47,572 nt of DNA from Chloroflexota bacterium (GCA_016210665.1 JACQTT010000078.1:1-47572); one strand, 5' to 3'. Numbered from the stretch's first letter, positions 24,745-34,862 are shown. The notes: a model not told the origin generated them from the sequence alone. Program-made: numbers and translations.

Positions 24745-26622
24745 TTAGTTCTTGAACCAGGCGGTTTCCGTGGACCTGCCGGCGAAGGAGTTGTGCCAGG
24801 GGTAAAGGCCGGAGTTGGCGTTCTCTAGCCTCGTGCTCCACAGGGTGAAGATATAGGCCTGTATCAGGTCTAAACGGTAGGTGTTCTCCTCAATCAGGTC
24901 GAATATCTGCTTGTAGATCTTGCGCTGCTCCGCCAGATTGAAGGTGGTGCGCTGGGCTACCGTCAACCTGTCTATCTCCGGGTCGTTAATGGAGTACCAG
25001 TTCCCGACAGACTTGGAGTTCATGGTGCCAAAGGTGTAGGAGTCCCAGTTGCTGGAGGGGCTAATACATCCGACCTGGGTCATCGCCTCGTACTTTCTTG
25101 AGTACAGGTTGCCGTTCAAAGTTAGGGCCTCTAGAGGCTTCAAGGTAGCCTCTACCCCCAGATTCTGCTTCCACTGAAACGGGACCGTCTCTATTAGATT
25201 TTGTGTCCACCCTGATTGTGCAGAGCTGATCTCTATGGAGGTCTTGAAGCCGTTGGGATAGCCCGCCTCGGCCAGGAGTCTCTTGGCTTCTGCAGGATTA
25301 AACTGGAGGTACTTGCCCCTCTCTGCGAGGAATGGAGGGGTGTCCCACCCCAGGGCGTCTATGGGGACGAACTGGGAAGCGTAGCCCGCCCCCTGTAATG
25401 CGGTATCTATGATGGCCTGGCGGTCAATGCTCATGGAGAGGGCGCGGCGCACCCGGACGTCGTTGAGGGGTGGCGTGTCCAGGCGCAGGGCGAGGTGGTT
25501 ATTGCAGCCGGGATGATTGGGATGCGCCATCCCTGCAAGGGTAGCTCCTCCTGTGCTCAGAGTCTTCTCGGCGTCGCCTATGCCGAAGATGATAAGAGCG
25601 GTGATTTTACCAGATATGAAGGCAGCTATTTGGGTGGCTGCATCGGGGAAGGGGACGACCTCCACCCGATCGAAGAAGGGAAGCTGCATGTCTTTATATA
25701 CGCCCGTGTGGCCCTTGACGTGGTACTTGGGGTGCCTCTCCAGAGCCCAAGGGCCGTTGGACTCCCAGGCGACCAGCTGGAAGGGGCCGAAGCCTACGCA
25801 CCAGGTCTTGGCTCCGCCGGGCTCCTTATCCATCTCCGGGGCGGTGAACACGTGGCTATTCCCGGCGAGTAGGTTAAGCATGTGGGCGTAGGGCTCGCTG
25901 GTCTTGATGACAATGGTCTGGGGGTCCTTGATCTGGACCTCCTTCAGGAGATTGAAAGCGCCGGCGTATATGCTGTTATCCCTGAGCTGCTCTATGCCCC
26001 ACTTCACGTCCTCGGCCGTCACCCTGCGGCCGTTGACGGGGGCCTTATTGTGCCAGTAGGCGTTGGGATAGAGCTTGAACTCCCAGGTTAGGGCATCCAA
26101 CTGCTTCCAGGACTCGGCGGCGTCGGGGAGGGGGACGGGGGTGATGCGACTGTTGTAACGGTCGGAGACGTAACGCAAGAGGCCACCGTAGCACATGCCG
26201 CCGCCTGATCCGATAGTCGGGTAGGAAGTTCGGGCGTCCCAGTGGGGGATGGCACCCGTCGAACCCGCGCTAGCGCCGCTTCGCACGTAGGTACCGCCGT
26301 ACTTGGGCTGGGTGGTGGGTAGGGCCAGCTCAGTGTACCACTTCACGTTCGGGAACTTGGTCAATAAGGTCTTTATCTGATTGGGTACCTTCAACGCTGC
26401 TAAGGGAGCCGTAGTTGCCGTGGGAGCCACGGTGGGAGCTGGAGCTATCGTGGCTGCAGGCGCTGGGGCCACCGTTGGCGCGGGGGCTATAGTGGGTGCC
26501 GGTGCTTTAGTAGGAGTCGGCGGCACGGGGGTCGCCGTGGGTGCGGCGGCCCGGCAAGCCATCAAGAACAATAGAGTCCCCAGCCCCACAATCAGAAATA
26601 GAATCCTAACTCTGGAAAACAT
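24745..26622 (-). CDS. ABC transporter substrate-binding lipoprotein, family 5 (peptide/nickel type), paralogue 1
   Basis: 625 aa. The lipobox is FLMAC, followed by a Pro/Ala/Thr linker and an SBP_bac_5-like core (LPDAAESWK...WEFKL..., RVRRALSMSIDRQAIID). A strong RBS AGGAGGTG precedes the start. Confidence 0.9.
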   Translation of the reverse strand: MFSRVRILFLIVGLGTLLFLMACRAAAPTATPVPPTPTKAPAPTIAPAPTVAPAPAATIAPAPTVAPTATTAPLAALKVPNQIKTLLTKFPNVKWYTELALPTTQPKYGGTYVRSGASAGSTGAIPHWDARTSYPTIGSGGGMCYGGLLRYVSDRYNSRITPVPLPDAAESWKQLDALTWEFKLYPNAYWHNKAPVNGRRVTAEDVKWGIEQLRDNSIYAGAFNLLKEVQIKDPQTIVIKTSEPYAHMLNLLAGNSHVFTAPEMDKEPGGAKTWCVGFGPFQLVAWESNGPWALERHPKYHVKGHTGVYKDMQLPFFDRVEVVPFPDAATQIAAFISGKITALIIFGIGDAEKTLSTGGATLAGMAHPNHPGCNNHLALRLDTPPLNDVRVRRALSMSIDRQAIIDTALQGAGYASQFVPIDALGWDTPPFLAERGKYLQFNPAEAKRLLAEAGYPNGFKTSIEISSAQSGWTQNLIETVPFQWKQNLGVEATLKPLEALTLNGNLYSRKYEAMTQVGCISPSSNWDSYTFGTMNSKSVGNWYSINDPEIDRLTVAQRTTFNLAEQRKIYKQIFDLIEENTYRLDLIQAYIFTLWSTRLENANSGLYPWHNSFAGRSTETAWFKN

Positions 26623-26638
26623 GTTTCACCTCCTAATC

Positions 26639-27682
26639 CTATTTGTGTAATAGCCTCTGGGAACGTAGCTTGGGCAGTATCTCCTTCACAAACAGGTCGA
26701 AGCTCCTCTTTCTACCGCCTTTGCTCCCATGAGGCTGAATGATCATGCCAACATTAGGCATGGAGGATGCTGCCTGCCACAATGTCTTGAATCTCGGTAA
26801 CACTTCTGCGGGCGTTCCCGCTAACAAGCCCACTGCCTCGACTAGCTCGTCGCTCGCTTGGGCGTGGCGTGCCAGTTGGCCATTTGGAGAATGGGACCTC
26901 ATGTGGTCAAACCAATCGTAGGCCTCGCCCACTCTTCTGGCCTCCTCTCGGAAGTGTTCTAGGTCAGGAGGAAGGGTAGAGGGCTGAATAGTAGAACGCC
27001 GCTCGCGCTCGACAAATATGCCCCTCATCATGCTGGACACGCTCCACTTCATCTCTTCAATAGCCTCTTTTCTGTTGTGAGAGATAGCAAAACCCACCTG
27101 AAACTTGATCGAGAGGGTATTAAAGTCTCGTCCCACCTCCTTGGCCATAGCCTTAAGGTGCTCTATCCCTGCCAGTACCCCTTCAGCAGAAGAGTGTATT
27201 CCACCTACGCCTGCGCCAATGATTCCATCGGCCATCTGCATTGCCATCTTGGTATTCAGCGGCCCCCCAGTGCCCACGTATATGGGAATATCGGCCTTCT
27301 TCTCCTTGAATTTGTTTCGAAAGGTCTCCATAGCCTCCCGCATGACGGAATGTTTGGCTGGCTCCCACCCCAGGGTTCGTACGGCGTTGGCACCCGTTCC
27401 CAGCCCCAGGACAGCCCGACCTCGCGACAGCTCATGGATGGTCAGCATGTGGTTGGCAGTCACCCTGGGATGGCGAGTCAAGGGATTGGTTACCCAGGGG
27501 CCTACCAGTATCTTGGAGGTGTCGACGGCCACCAGGCCTGCCCACGGGCAATAGTCCGAGTAGGCATCGGTGGAGTCTATGAGGCCAAAGATGTCAAAGC
27601 CGCTCTCCTCGGCCAGCCTGGCCGACTCCATGTAGGCTGGATAGCCGAAGTCCTGGAACATGAAAACGCCTATTTTGGGCAT
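26639..27682 (-). CDS. LLM-class flavin/F420-dependent oxidoreductase, paralogue 2
   Basis: 347 aa, a paralogue of 23195..24190. It is sandwiched 16-18 nt from the flanking SBP genes, indicating an operon. Confidence 0.8.
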   Translation of the reverse strand: MPKIGVFMFQDFGYPAYMESARLAEESGFDIFGLIDSTDAYSDYCPWAGLVAVDTSKILVGPWVTNPLTRHPRVTANHMLTIHELSRGRAVLGLGTGANAVRTLGWEPAKHSVMREAMETFRNKFKEKKADIPIYVGTGGPLNTKMAMQMADGIIGAGVGGIHSSAEGVLAGIEHLKAMAKEVGRDFNTLSIKFQVGFAISHNRKEAIEEMKWSVSSMMRGIFVERERRSTIQPSTLPPDLEHFREEARRVGEAYDWFDHMRSHSPNGQLARHAQASDELVEAVGLLAGTPAEVLPRFKTLWQAASSMPNVGMIIQPHGSKGGRKRSFDLFVKEILPKLRSQRLLHK

Positions 27683-27700
27683 AGCTCTCCTCTTAAAGCT

Positions 27701-29527
27701 TTAATCCCTGAACCACCCGCTTTCCAGAGAACGGGCAGCAAAGGAGTAGATCCATGCGTACAGGCTAGGGTTAACGTTCTCTGTCTTCGCCGGCACGATG
27801 GCGAAAGTATAGCCCGTGATTAGATTAAGTCTAAAGATGTTCTCGTCATCCAGATCGAACAACTTCTTATACGCCTCCCGCTGCTTAATAGGGTCGAAGG
27901 TGGTTCTTTGAGCCACGGCCCACTTGTCCACCTCCGGATCGTTGATAAAATAGATGTTGTTGGGGGACTTGGAGTACATGGCCCCATAGGCATAGGCGTC
28001 CCAGCTGGAGGGCGGGATGGTAATGACCAGCCAGGTCATGGCCTCGTAGCTCCTGCCTAGGTAGGCAGCGGCATAGGCCACACTCTCTAGGGGTTTGAGG
28101 GCGATATCTACGTTCAGGTTCTGCTTCAATTGAAATTGGATCGTCTCGACCTCCGATAGTTGAACACCGCCAAGAGTGGAGGACATGTTCATGGTCGTAG
28201 CAAAGCCGTTGGGGTATCCGGCCTCGGCCAAGAGCTTCTTAGCTTCCGGCACGTTGAACTGAAAGTACTTTCCCCGCTGGGTCAGAGAAGGAGGGATATC
28301 CCATTCCAGGGAATCCGGTGGGATCTGCATAGATACGTAACCCGCCCCCTTGAATGTGCTATCGAGTAAGGCCTGGCGATTGAAGCCCATGGACAGGGCT
28401 CTGCGAACTCGAACGTCGTTGAAGGGCGGCTTGTCCAATCGCATGGCAATCTGCCAGTCGAAGCCGGCACCGGGATGAATCATAACCTGGCAGGTGGGGC
28501 ATTGCTGTATGGCGCGCTCCGCGTCTCCTACACCAGTATTAACCTCCAGGAAGGAGGTTTTCCCGGTTATGAAGGAGGCGAATGTAGTGGCGAAGTCAGC
28601 TAGAGCTACTGAAGAAACTTTTTCGAAGTAAGGAAGCTGCAGGCCGGTGTGGCCCTTGAGGTGATACTTAGCATGTCTCTCTAAGACCGAGCGTTCACGA
28701 CTCACATAATCCACCAGCTTGAAGGGTCCATAGCCAATGCACCAGGCCTTGATGCCCCCGGGCTCTTGCTCCATCTCCGGGGCGGTGAACTGGAGGCCTG
28801 CGCCAGCCATCAGACTTATAAGATGAGCGTAGGGCTCGGTGGTCTTGATGATGAGAGTAGTTGGGTCTTTGATGGTGACTTCACTGATAATTTTGAAGGA
28901 GCCAGAGTATATGCTCTTTTCCCTGTACTGCTCTATATTCCACTTGAGGTCTTCAGCGGTGACTCTGCGTCCGTTGACGGGCGGTCGGTCATGCCAGAAG
29001 ACGTTGGGGTTGAGCTTGAACTCATAGGTCGTCTCGTCCAGACGCTTCCAGGACTCGGCGGCGTCGGGCAGGGGAACGGGAGCAGTGCGCCCCTGGAACC
29101 TGTCCACATTAGTCCGCAGCAAACCGCCGTAGCAGAGTCCGGTGCCAGAGCTCGCCACTTGGCTTGTCCTGACATCCCAAAGGGCCACGCCTCCGGTGCC
29201 CCCTCTGGAAAATGTGCCGCCGTACTTGGGCTGGGTGGTAGGCAGGGGGAGGTCGGTGTAATACTTAACTTGTGGGTACTTGGCAAGAAAGGCGCTCATT
29301 CCTTCCGTCCACTCTCTTTTTCCCACTGGAACGGCTGTTGCCAGGGGAGCTGTGGTTGCGACAGGCGCAGGCGCTATTGTCGGCGCTGGCGCTACCGTGG
29401 GTGCCGGTGCTTTAGTAGGAGTCGGCGGCACGGGGGTCGCCGTGGGGGCGGCGGCCCGGCAACCCAATATGATGAGCGCTACGCAAAGGGATACAACAGT
29501 AAACCAGAAGCGGATGTTCCTCTGCAT
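27701..29527 (-). CDS. ABC transporter substrate-binding lipoprotein, family 5, paralogue 2
   Basis: The preferred start is ATG 29527 (AAGGAGG 6 nt upstream; the ORF track uses TTG 29554). The signal peptide is MQRNIRFWFTVVSLCVALIILGC, with the same PT-rich linker and SBP_bac_5 core. Confidence 0.9.
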   Translation of the reverse strand: MQRNIRFWFTVVSLCVALIILGCRAAAPTATPVPPTPTKAPAPTVAPAPTIAPAPVATTAPLATAVPVGKREWTEGMSAFLAKYPQVKYYTDLPLPTTQPKYGGTFSRGGTGGVALWDVRTSQVASSGTGLCYGGLLRTNVDRFQGRTAPVPLPDAAESWKRLDETTYEFKLNPNVFWHDRPPVNGRRVTAEDLKWNIEQYREKSIYSGSFKIISEVTIKDPTTLIIKTTEPYAHLISLMAGAGLQFTAPEMEQEPGGIKAWCIGYGPFKLVDYVSRERSVLERHAKYHLKGHTGLQLPYFEKVSSVALADFATTFASFITGKTSFLEVNTGVGDAERAIQQCPTCQVMIHPGAGFDWQIAMRLDKPPFNDVRVRRALSMGFNRQALLDSTFKGAGYVSMQIPPDSLEWDIPPSLTQRGKYFQFNVPEAKKLLAEAGYPNGFATTMNMSSTLGGVQLSEVETIQFQLKQNLNVDIALKPLESVAYAAAYLGRSYEAMTWLVITIPPSSWDAYAYGAMYSKSPNNIYFINDPEVDKWAVAQRTTFDPIKQREAYKKLFDLDDENIFRLNLITGYTFAIVPAKTENVNPSLYAWIYSFAARSLESGWFRD

Positions 29528-29625
29528 CGTCTCCCTCCTTGTGCTTCGGATCAATTTTTTCTACACAATCGTGCCTTAGCTCACGCTACCATGGCCGTAA
29601 CGCGATTCAGTTGTCAGGTTCCTTG

Positions 29626-31524
29626 CTAGTCCTTGAGCCAGAAGACCTCTGCGGAGCGGCTGGCGAAGGAGTTAAGCCAGGGGTAGAGGCCGCTGTTGGC
29701 ATTTTGCAGATTGACGTTCCACATAGTAAAGATGTAGGCAGTGAGCGTGTTTATGCGATAGATGTTCTCCTCCGCCAGGCCGAAGATCTTCTGGTAGGCC
29801 TCTCGCTGCTTCGCCCGGTCGGTGGTGGTACGCTGGGCTACGGTCCACTTGTCCACCTCCGGATCGTTGATGAAGAACAAGGGGGTGGCGGACTTGGAGT
29901 TCATCATGCCGAAGGTGAAGTCGTCCCAGTTGCTGGAGGGGCTGACGCAGCTTTGCAGCGTCATAGCCTCGAACTTTCCCTGGCGCCAGTTGAGCTCAAG
30001 GGTGAGAGCCTCCAGAGGCTTGAAGGCGGCCTCGACTCCCAAGTTCTGCTTCCACTGGAACTGAGCCATCTCTTGTATCACCACGCCATATCCTGCGGCA
30101 GTAGCATTGATCTCTATGGAGGTCTTGAAGCCGTTGGGATAGCCTGCCTCGGCCAGGAGCCTCTTGGCCTCGGTGGGGTTGTACTGATAGTATTTTCCCC
30201 GCTCCGCCAGTGAAGGAGGGGTGTCCCACCCCAGGGCATCTATAGGTACCTCCTGAGTTGGGTAGCCTGCCCCCTGCAGGGCGGTGTCCAGCATGGCCTG
30301 GCGGTCCAACCCCATAGAAAGGGCACGGCGCACTCTCACGTCGTTAAAGGGGGCCTTGTCCTGGCGCATGGTGAAGTTGGTCTGGCATCCGGGATGTTGG
30401 GGGGCTATCATCCCCTCAACATTGGGTCCGGCGCTGTCCAGGGTCTTGGACACGGGGCCTATGCCGAAGACTATCAGGGAGTGGAGCTTGCCTGATACGA
30501 AGGCGGCTATCTGGGTGGCAGAGTCGGGGAAGGGAACAACCTCCACCCGGTCGAAGAAGGGGAGCTGCTTGCCTGCAATGGCCCCAATGTCTCCCTTGAG
30601 ATGGTACTTGGGGTTTCTCTCCACGGTCCAGGGGCCGTTGGACTCCCACTTCACCAACTGAAAGGGGCCCCATCCTATGCCCCAGGGCTTGGCCCCTCCG
30701 GGCTCCTTGTCCACCTCCGGCGCGATAAACAAATGAGCATTGGCGGCGAAGAGCTCCAGCATGTGGGCGTAGGGCTGGCCAGTTTTGATCACAATAGTCT
30801 GGGGGTCTTTGATGGTGACGTCGCTGATCGTCTTGAAGACGCCGGCGTAGATGCTGTTGTCCCGGAGCTGCTCGATGCCATACTTCAAGTCCTCGGCCGT
30901 CACCCGCCGTCCGTTGACGGGGGGCCGGTTGTGCCAGTAAACGTTGGGGGAGAGCTTGAACTCCCAGGTGAGCTCGTCTATCTGCCTCCAGGACTCGGCG
31001 GCGTCGGGAAGGATGGAGGGTCTAATCACGCTGTGGAACCGGTCGGTGATGGTCCGCAGGAGGCCGCCGTAAACCATGCCGGAGCCAGAGCTAGTGTTCG
31101 CAAATGCCTGACGGGTGTCCCAGTGGGGAACGAAGCCTGTAGAGCCGGCGCTGGCGCCGCTTCGAAAGTAGGTACCCCCGTACCTGGGATCGCTCGTGGG
31201 CTTAGGCAGCTCCGTGTACCACTTCATTTTGGGGTACTTGGCCATGAAGGCTGTAATGGCCTGGGGCAGCTTCAGCTCAGCCAGTGGACGCGGTGTTGGA
31301 AAGGGAGTCGGCGTTGCGGGCCGGGCGGGTGCTACCGTAGCAGCCGGGGCCACGGTGGCCGCAGGAGCTATTGTCGGCGCTGGCGCCACTGTCGGCACAA
31401 GAGCTTTCGTCGGAGCAGGCGGCACGGGCGTAGCCGTAGGCGCCGCCGCCCGGCAGCCAATAATAGTCAACAATGCTACAAGCAGCAGTAATATTGGAAA
31501 TATGAACCATCTATACTTCACCAT
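29626..31524 (-). CDS. ABC transporter substrate-binding lipoprotein, family 5, paralogue 3
   Basis: 632 aa with lipobox LTIIGC and a PT/A-rich linker. The core is about 70% identical by eye to paralogue 1. Confidence 0.9.
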   Translation of the reverse strand: MVKYRWFIFPILLLLVALLTIIGCRAAAPTATPVPPAPTKALVPTVAPAPTIAPAATVAPAATVAPARPATPTPFPTPRPLAELKLPQAITAFMAKYPKMKWYTELPKPTSDPRYGGTYFRSGASAGSTGFVPHWDTRQAFANTSSGSGMVYGGLLRTITDRFHSVIRPSILPDAAESWRQIDELTWEFKLSPNVYWHNRPPVNGRRVTAEDLKYGIEQLRDNSIYAGVFKTISDVTIKDPQTIVIKTGQPYAHMLELFAANAHLFIAPEVDKEPGGAKPWGIGWGPFQLVKWESNGPWTVERNPKYHLKGDIGAIAGKQLPFFDRVEVVPFPDSATQIAAFVSGKLHSLIVFGIGPVSKTLDSAGPNVEGMIAPQHPGCQTNFTMRQDKAPFNDVRVRRALSMGLDRQAMLDTALQGAGYPTQEVPIDALGWDTPPSLAERGKYYQYNPTEAKRLLAEAGYPNGFKTSIEINATAAGYGVVIQEMAQFQWKQNLGVEAAFKPLEALTLELNWRQGKFEAMTLQSCVSPSSNWDDFTFGMMNSKSATPLFFINDPEVDKWTVAQRTTTDRAKQREAYQKIFGLAEENIYRINTLTAYIFTMWNVNLQNANSGLYPWLNSFASRSAEVFWLKD

Positions 31525-31858
31525 CGCTTACCCCCTTACTTTTACGCTTTCTGCCGACGGTTAAGGTGCCCCACATATAGCACAAAAATTTGGATTTGTC
31601 AACAATGCACTATAATGCACAATCATATACAAGCCATAGAAAACTTGTTGCGCTGTAAAAAGCCGATATGCGCCCACAAAACTACGAATTGCGTAACAGA
31701 CTGCAATGCTTCAACTCCTCAAGGGATACTTACCATAAAAGCAATAGGATAGCGTAATATCTGTGATATGAAACATCAATGCTTTTTATATTGTGGCTCT
31801 TGTGACGCCTCTCTATAGTTAAAGGCAGCGCAAGCTACGGGGAGCAGGCTGATGAGAG

Positions 31859-33265
31859 ATGTTTAATAAAGTCCTAATTGCCAACCGAGGCGAAATCGCC
31901 TGCCGGATCATGCGCACCTGCAGGCGGCTAGGAATTAAGAGTGTTGCCATTTACTCCGACGCCGATGTGGAATCGCCCCATGTCAAGCTGGCCGATGAAG
32001 CTCATCACATCGGCTCCTCACCCGCCGCAGAAAGCTATTTGAACATGGACAGTATCATCTCTGTTGCCAAGATGTCGGGACCAGACGCGGTTCATCCCGG
32101 CTACGGGTTTCTTTCAGAAAACCCCCGCTTTGCAGAGAAGGTAGCTGAAGCAGGCTTGATATTCATTGGTCCCACGCCTGAAAGCATGATCGCTATTGGC
32201 AACAAGGCCAACGCCCGCCGTCTCCTATCTGGAAGCACCGTGCCATTAATTCCATGGGCTGAAATTACCGTCGGCAAATCCGATGAGGCCCAGGTAGTCG
32301 CTCAAAAGCTGGGCCTTCCTCTTCTGGTAAAACCATCCAACGCGGGCGGGGGTAAGGGCACCTTTTTAGTCCACGCCGAAGGAGAGTTGAGTAGCGCGGT
32401 TGAGAGTGCTGCCAAAGTGGCTATGAGTTCCTTTGGCACAGCATCAGTCCATCTAGAGAGATACCTCAAAAACGTGCGCCATATCGAAATTCAGGTCGTG
32501 GCGGACCAATATGGGAACGCAATCCATCTGCTGGAAAGAGACTGCTCCTGGCAGAGAAGGTACCAGAAGATAATAGAAGAGTCGCCGTCTATGGCCGTAT
32601 CGCCACTATTGAGGCAGAGGTTGGCAGAGGCTGCTTTGACCGTTATGAAGACGGCGCGTTATGTCAACGCTGGAACAGTCGAGTTCCTGGTGGATGGGCA
32701 GAACAATTTCTATTTTCTTGAAACCAACTGCCGCATTCAGGTGGAGCATCCCGTCACCGAACTAATTACGGGCGTTGACATTGTAGAGCTCCAACTAAAA
32801 ATCGCCTCTGGGCAAAAGCTAGGCATCTCCCAGAGTGTTATCGTGGGGCGCGGCCACGCAATTGAAGCGAGGATTTACGCCGAGGACCCGGATACTCTTC
32901 TTCCCTCCGGCGGAATCATTGCGGAGTACCGGGAACCTTCTGGAGCAGGTGTGCGAGTGGACAGCGGGGTTTGTCAAGACTATGAAGTAACTCTCTACTA
33001 CGACCCGATCCTCGCTAAACTAATTGTATGGAGTGAGACTAGAGAAGAGGCCATTGCCAAGATGCGGGACGCCCTTCACGAGTTTGTCATTGGAGGCCTG
33101 ATCACCAATATACCCCTCTTATCTAAAATCCTGTCGCATCCTTATTTTGAAAGCGGGGAATATGATGTTTCCTCAATCACTCCCGAATTTATCAAGACGA
33201 AAATTCCTTTGAAGCCTGGCGGTCAGGGAGTTGGAATCTGGGAGTACTGGCGGTGGGGGAGGTAG
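31859..33265 (+). CDS. accC: Biotin carboxylase (ATP-grasp) subunit of a biotin-dependent carboxylase
   Basis: MFNKVLIANRGEIACRIMRTCRRLGIKSVAIYSDAD...HPGYGFLSEN...EIQVVADQYGN...LERDCSWQRRYQKIIEESP...GTVEFLVD...FYFLETNCRIQVEHPVTE are canonical biotin-carboxylase motifs. Confidence 0.9.
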   Translation: MFNKVLIANRGEIACRIMRTCRRLGIKSVAIYSDADVESPHVKLADEAHHIGSSPAAESYLNMDSIISVAKMSGPDAVHPGYGFLSENPRFAEKVAEAGLIFIGPTPESMIAIGNKANARRLLSGSTVPLIPWAEITVGKSDEAQVVAQKLGLPLLVKPSNAGGGKGTFLVHAEGELSSAVESAAKVAMSSFGTASVHLERYLKNVRHIEIQVVADQYGNAIHLLERDCSWQRRYQKIIEESPSMAVSPLLRQRLAEAALTVMKTARYVNAGTVEFLVDGQNNFYFLETNCRIQVEHPVTELITGVDIVELQLKIASGQKLGISQSVIVGRGHAIEARIYAEDPDTLLPSGGIIAEYREPSGAGVRVDSGVCQDYEVTLYYDPILAKLIVWSETREEAIAKMRDALHEFVIGGLITNIPLLSKILSHPYFESGEYDVSSITPEFIKTKIPLKPGGQGVGIWEYWRWGR

Positions 33266-33622
33266 TGGCCGAGGCGTGCTAATTGTTCACACACCTACCT
33301 ATATTAGGAGATGCAACCAGGCCCGCCATATCAATCTTATGAGCGACGAGCTCGCAGAAGGGTTGGGGCTGGCTGGAAAACCTGATGAACTCACGCTCAG
33401 CTTCAGGACCCTCTCGCAGGCAGTACTCCTTATGTCCAATATAGGCTTGAGCTATTCCCCACGGAAGCAAGAAGAGGAGGGGAAATTTGCATTGAGTTGT
33501 TTGTGGGAGAAGTTCTTCCCACGTTTAGGGGCGTATAAGGACTAGGAAAAGAACCCTTGAAAGACCAGAATAGACTGGAAGAAAAGGTTACCAGGATGAG
33601 ATTCGTATAGGTCTCTTGGGCG

Positions 33623-34804
33623 CTATTGAGGCTTGGGACTAGAGTCGGCATCATCTGTAGCAGGCGTTATGCCCTCTTTGACCTCTTGAACCTTGGTCTC
33701 CAGTATAGTCTCCAAGCTCGTGGACAGATCTGAGGCGTTTTGTGGTGAGACCACCAGTTTTCTGACAGGGTAGTTGATCTCGATTCCCTCCTTCGCAAAC
33801 CTAGCGTGTAGCCGCTTCACAAGCTCGTGAGTGAGTTTGAATGTGCTCCCCCGATTCCTCGCCCTCAATCCTACCCAAAAGTTGATGTTGGAATCGCCAA
33901 ATCCAGAAAACAAAAAGAAGGGTTCGAAATCTTTTGCAACGACAGTGTCTGGTAAGACGTGGAGCAGTTGCCGCGCCTCCTCAAGGGCTATCTGTTCCAC
34001 GTGGCCCAGGTCGCTTTCGTAGGAAACACCACACTCGACAAAGATTGTAACCTCGGGGTTTTGGGCCGTGAAGTTGGTTACCACGCTATCGGCCAGCTTG
34101 CCGTTGGGGATGATAACCAGGTTGTTGATAGGCGTTCGTATCTTTGTGCTCCGCCAACCGATGTCCAACACAGTCCCACTTGGCCCGTTTTGTACTTCAA
34201 TAAAATCTCCTACGGTGATCATGCCGTCAGCCACCATGTAGGCACTGGCGATGACGCTGCTTAGGGTTGGCTGGATGGCAAGGGCTACTGCCAGGCCACC
34301 GATACCCAGGCCAGCCAGGAGGGGGCTTAGCCTGATGCCCAAGTTGTCCAGAATCAGGAGACCGCCCACAGCGTATAGGACTACCGTAAGAAAGCGTCTC
34401 ACCAGGGGTATGAGCTTATCATCGAGTTTGCCACGCGTCCTGGAGGTTATCTCTGTCCCATACCATTGCACAAAGGCGTTTGATATTCGCTGGACACCGT
34501 AAAGAGTTGTGCCTCCTGCAAAAACGACCCAAGCCTTGTTCACGTAATCCTGCCAGCGGTCGAGGTAGGATACAGTAGTCAATGCTAAGAAGACACCCTG
34601 CACGACTATAAAGATAAACAAGGGTCTGCTGATGGCCTCTAGCAGCAGGTCGTCCAGCGTGGTTTTAGTCTTCTGGGTGGCATACTTGACCACTCTGGTC
34701 AGCGCCGGGTGAAGTGCTAGGGCAATAACTAAGGAAGCGCCCAGAACACTGGCAGCAAAGAGAGCTTCCAAGAGTGGGGATCCTCTTGCGAAATCTGGAA
34801 TCAT
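33623..34804 (-). CDS. Mechanosensitive ion channel family protein (MscS-like)
   Basis: 393 aa with N-terminal TM helices and an MscS beta-domain motif: ITVGDFIEVQNGPSGTVLDIGWRSTKIRTPINNLVIIPNGKLADSVVTNF. Confidence 0.9.
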   Translation of the reverse strand: MIPDFARGSPLLEALFAASVLGASLVIALALHPALTRVVKYATQKTKTTLDDLLLEAISRPLFIFIVVQGVFLALTTVSYLDRWQDYVNKAWVVFAGGTTLYGVQRISNAFVQWYGTEITSRTRGKLDDKLIPLVRRFLTVVLYAVGGLLILDNLGIRLSPLLAGLGIGGLAVALAIQPTLSSVIASAYMVADGMITVGDFIEVQNGPSGTVLDIGWRSTKIRTPINNLVIIPNGKLADSVVTNFTAQNPEVTIFVECGVSYESDLGHVEQIALEEARQLLHVLPDTVVAKDFEPFFLFSGFGDSNINFWVGLRARNRGSTFKLTHELVKRLHARFAKEGIEINYPVRKLVVSPQNASDLSTSLETILETKVQEVKEGITPATDDADSSPKPQ

Positions 34805-34862
34805 GACGGCTTCTCTTTAGACCTCACTTAACAGCATTGAATATTCAGTGACCCTTGAAGTT

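Noticed and set aside
28766-31491. Long plus-strand ORFs antisense to the SBP genes (28766..29629, 29539..30213, 30601..31491, and others)
   Set aside because: Their translations are Gly/Arg/Val-rich and they are fully nested antisense to strongly supported SBP genes. They are typical GC-skewed shadow ORFs.
31525-31858. Possible promoter/operator signals (TATAAT at ~31604, repeated AATGCAC/AATGCT motifs) in the AT-rich gap between SBP3 and accC
   Set aside because: The -35/-10 spacing is poor (15-16 nt) for the best candidate, and the repeats are short enough to arise by chance in AT-rich DNA.
33231-33545. 104-aa plus ORF overlapping the accC end, and the 63-aa minus ORF 33279..33470
   Set aside because: Neither has a recognisable motif or convincing RBS, and they overlap each other. 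They cannot be resolved from sequence alone and are left unannotated.
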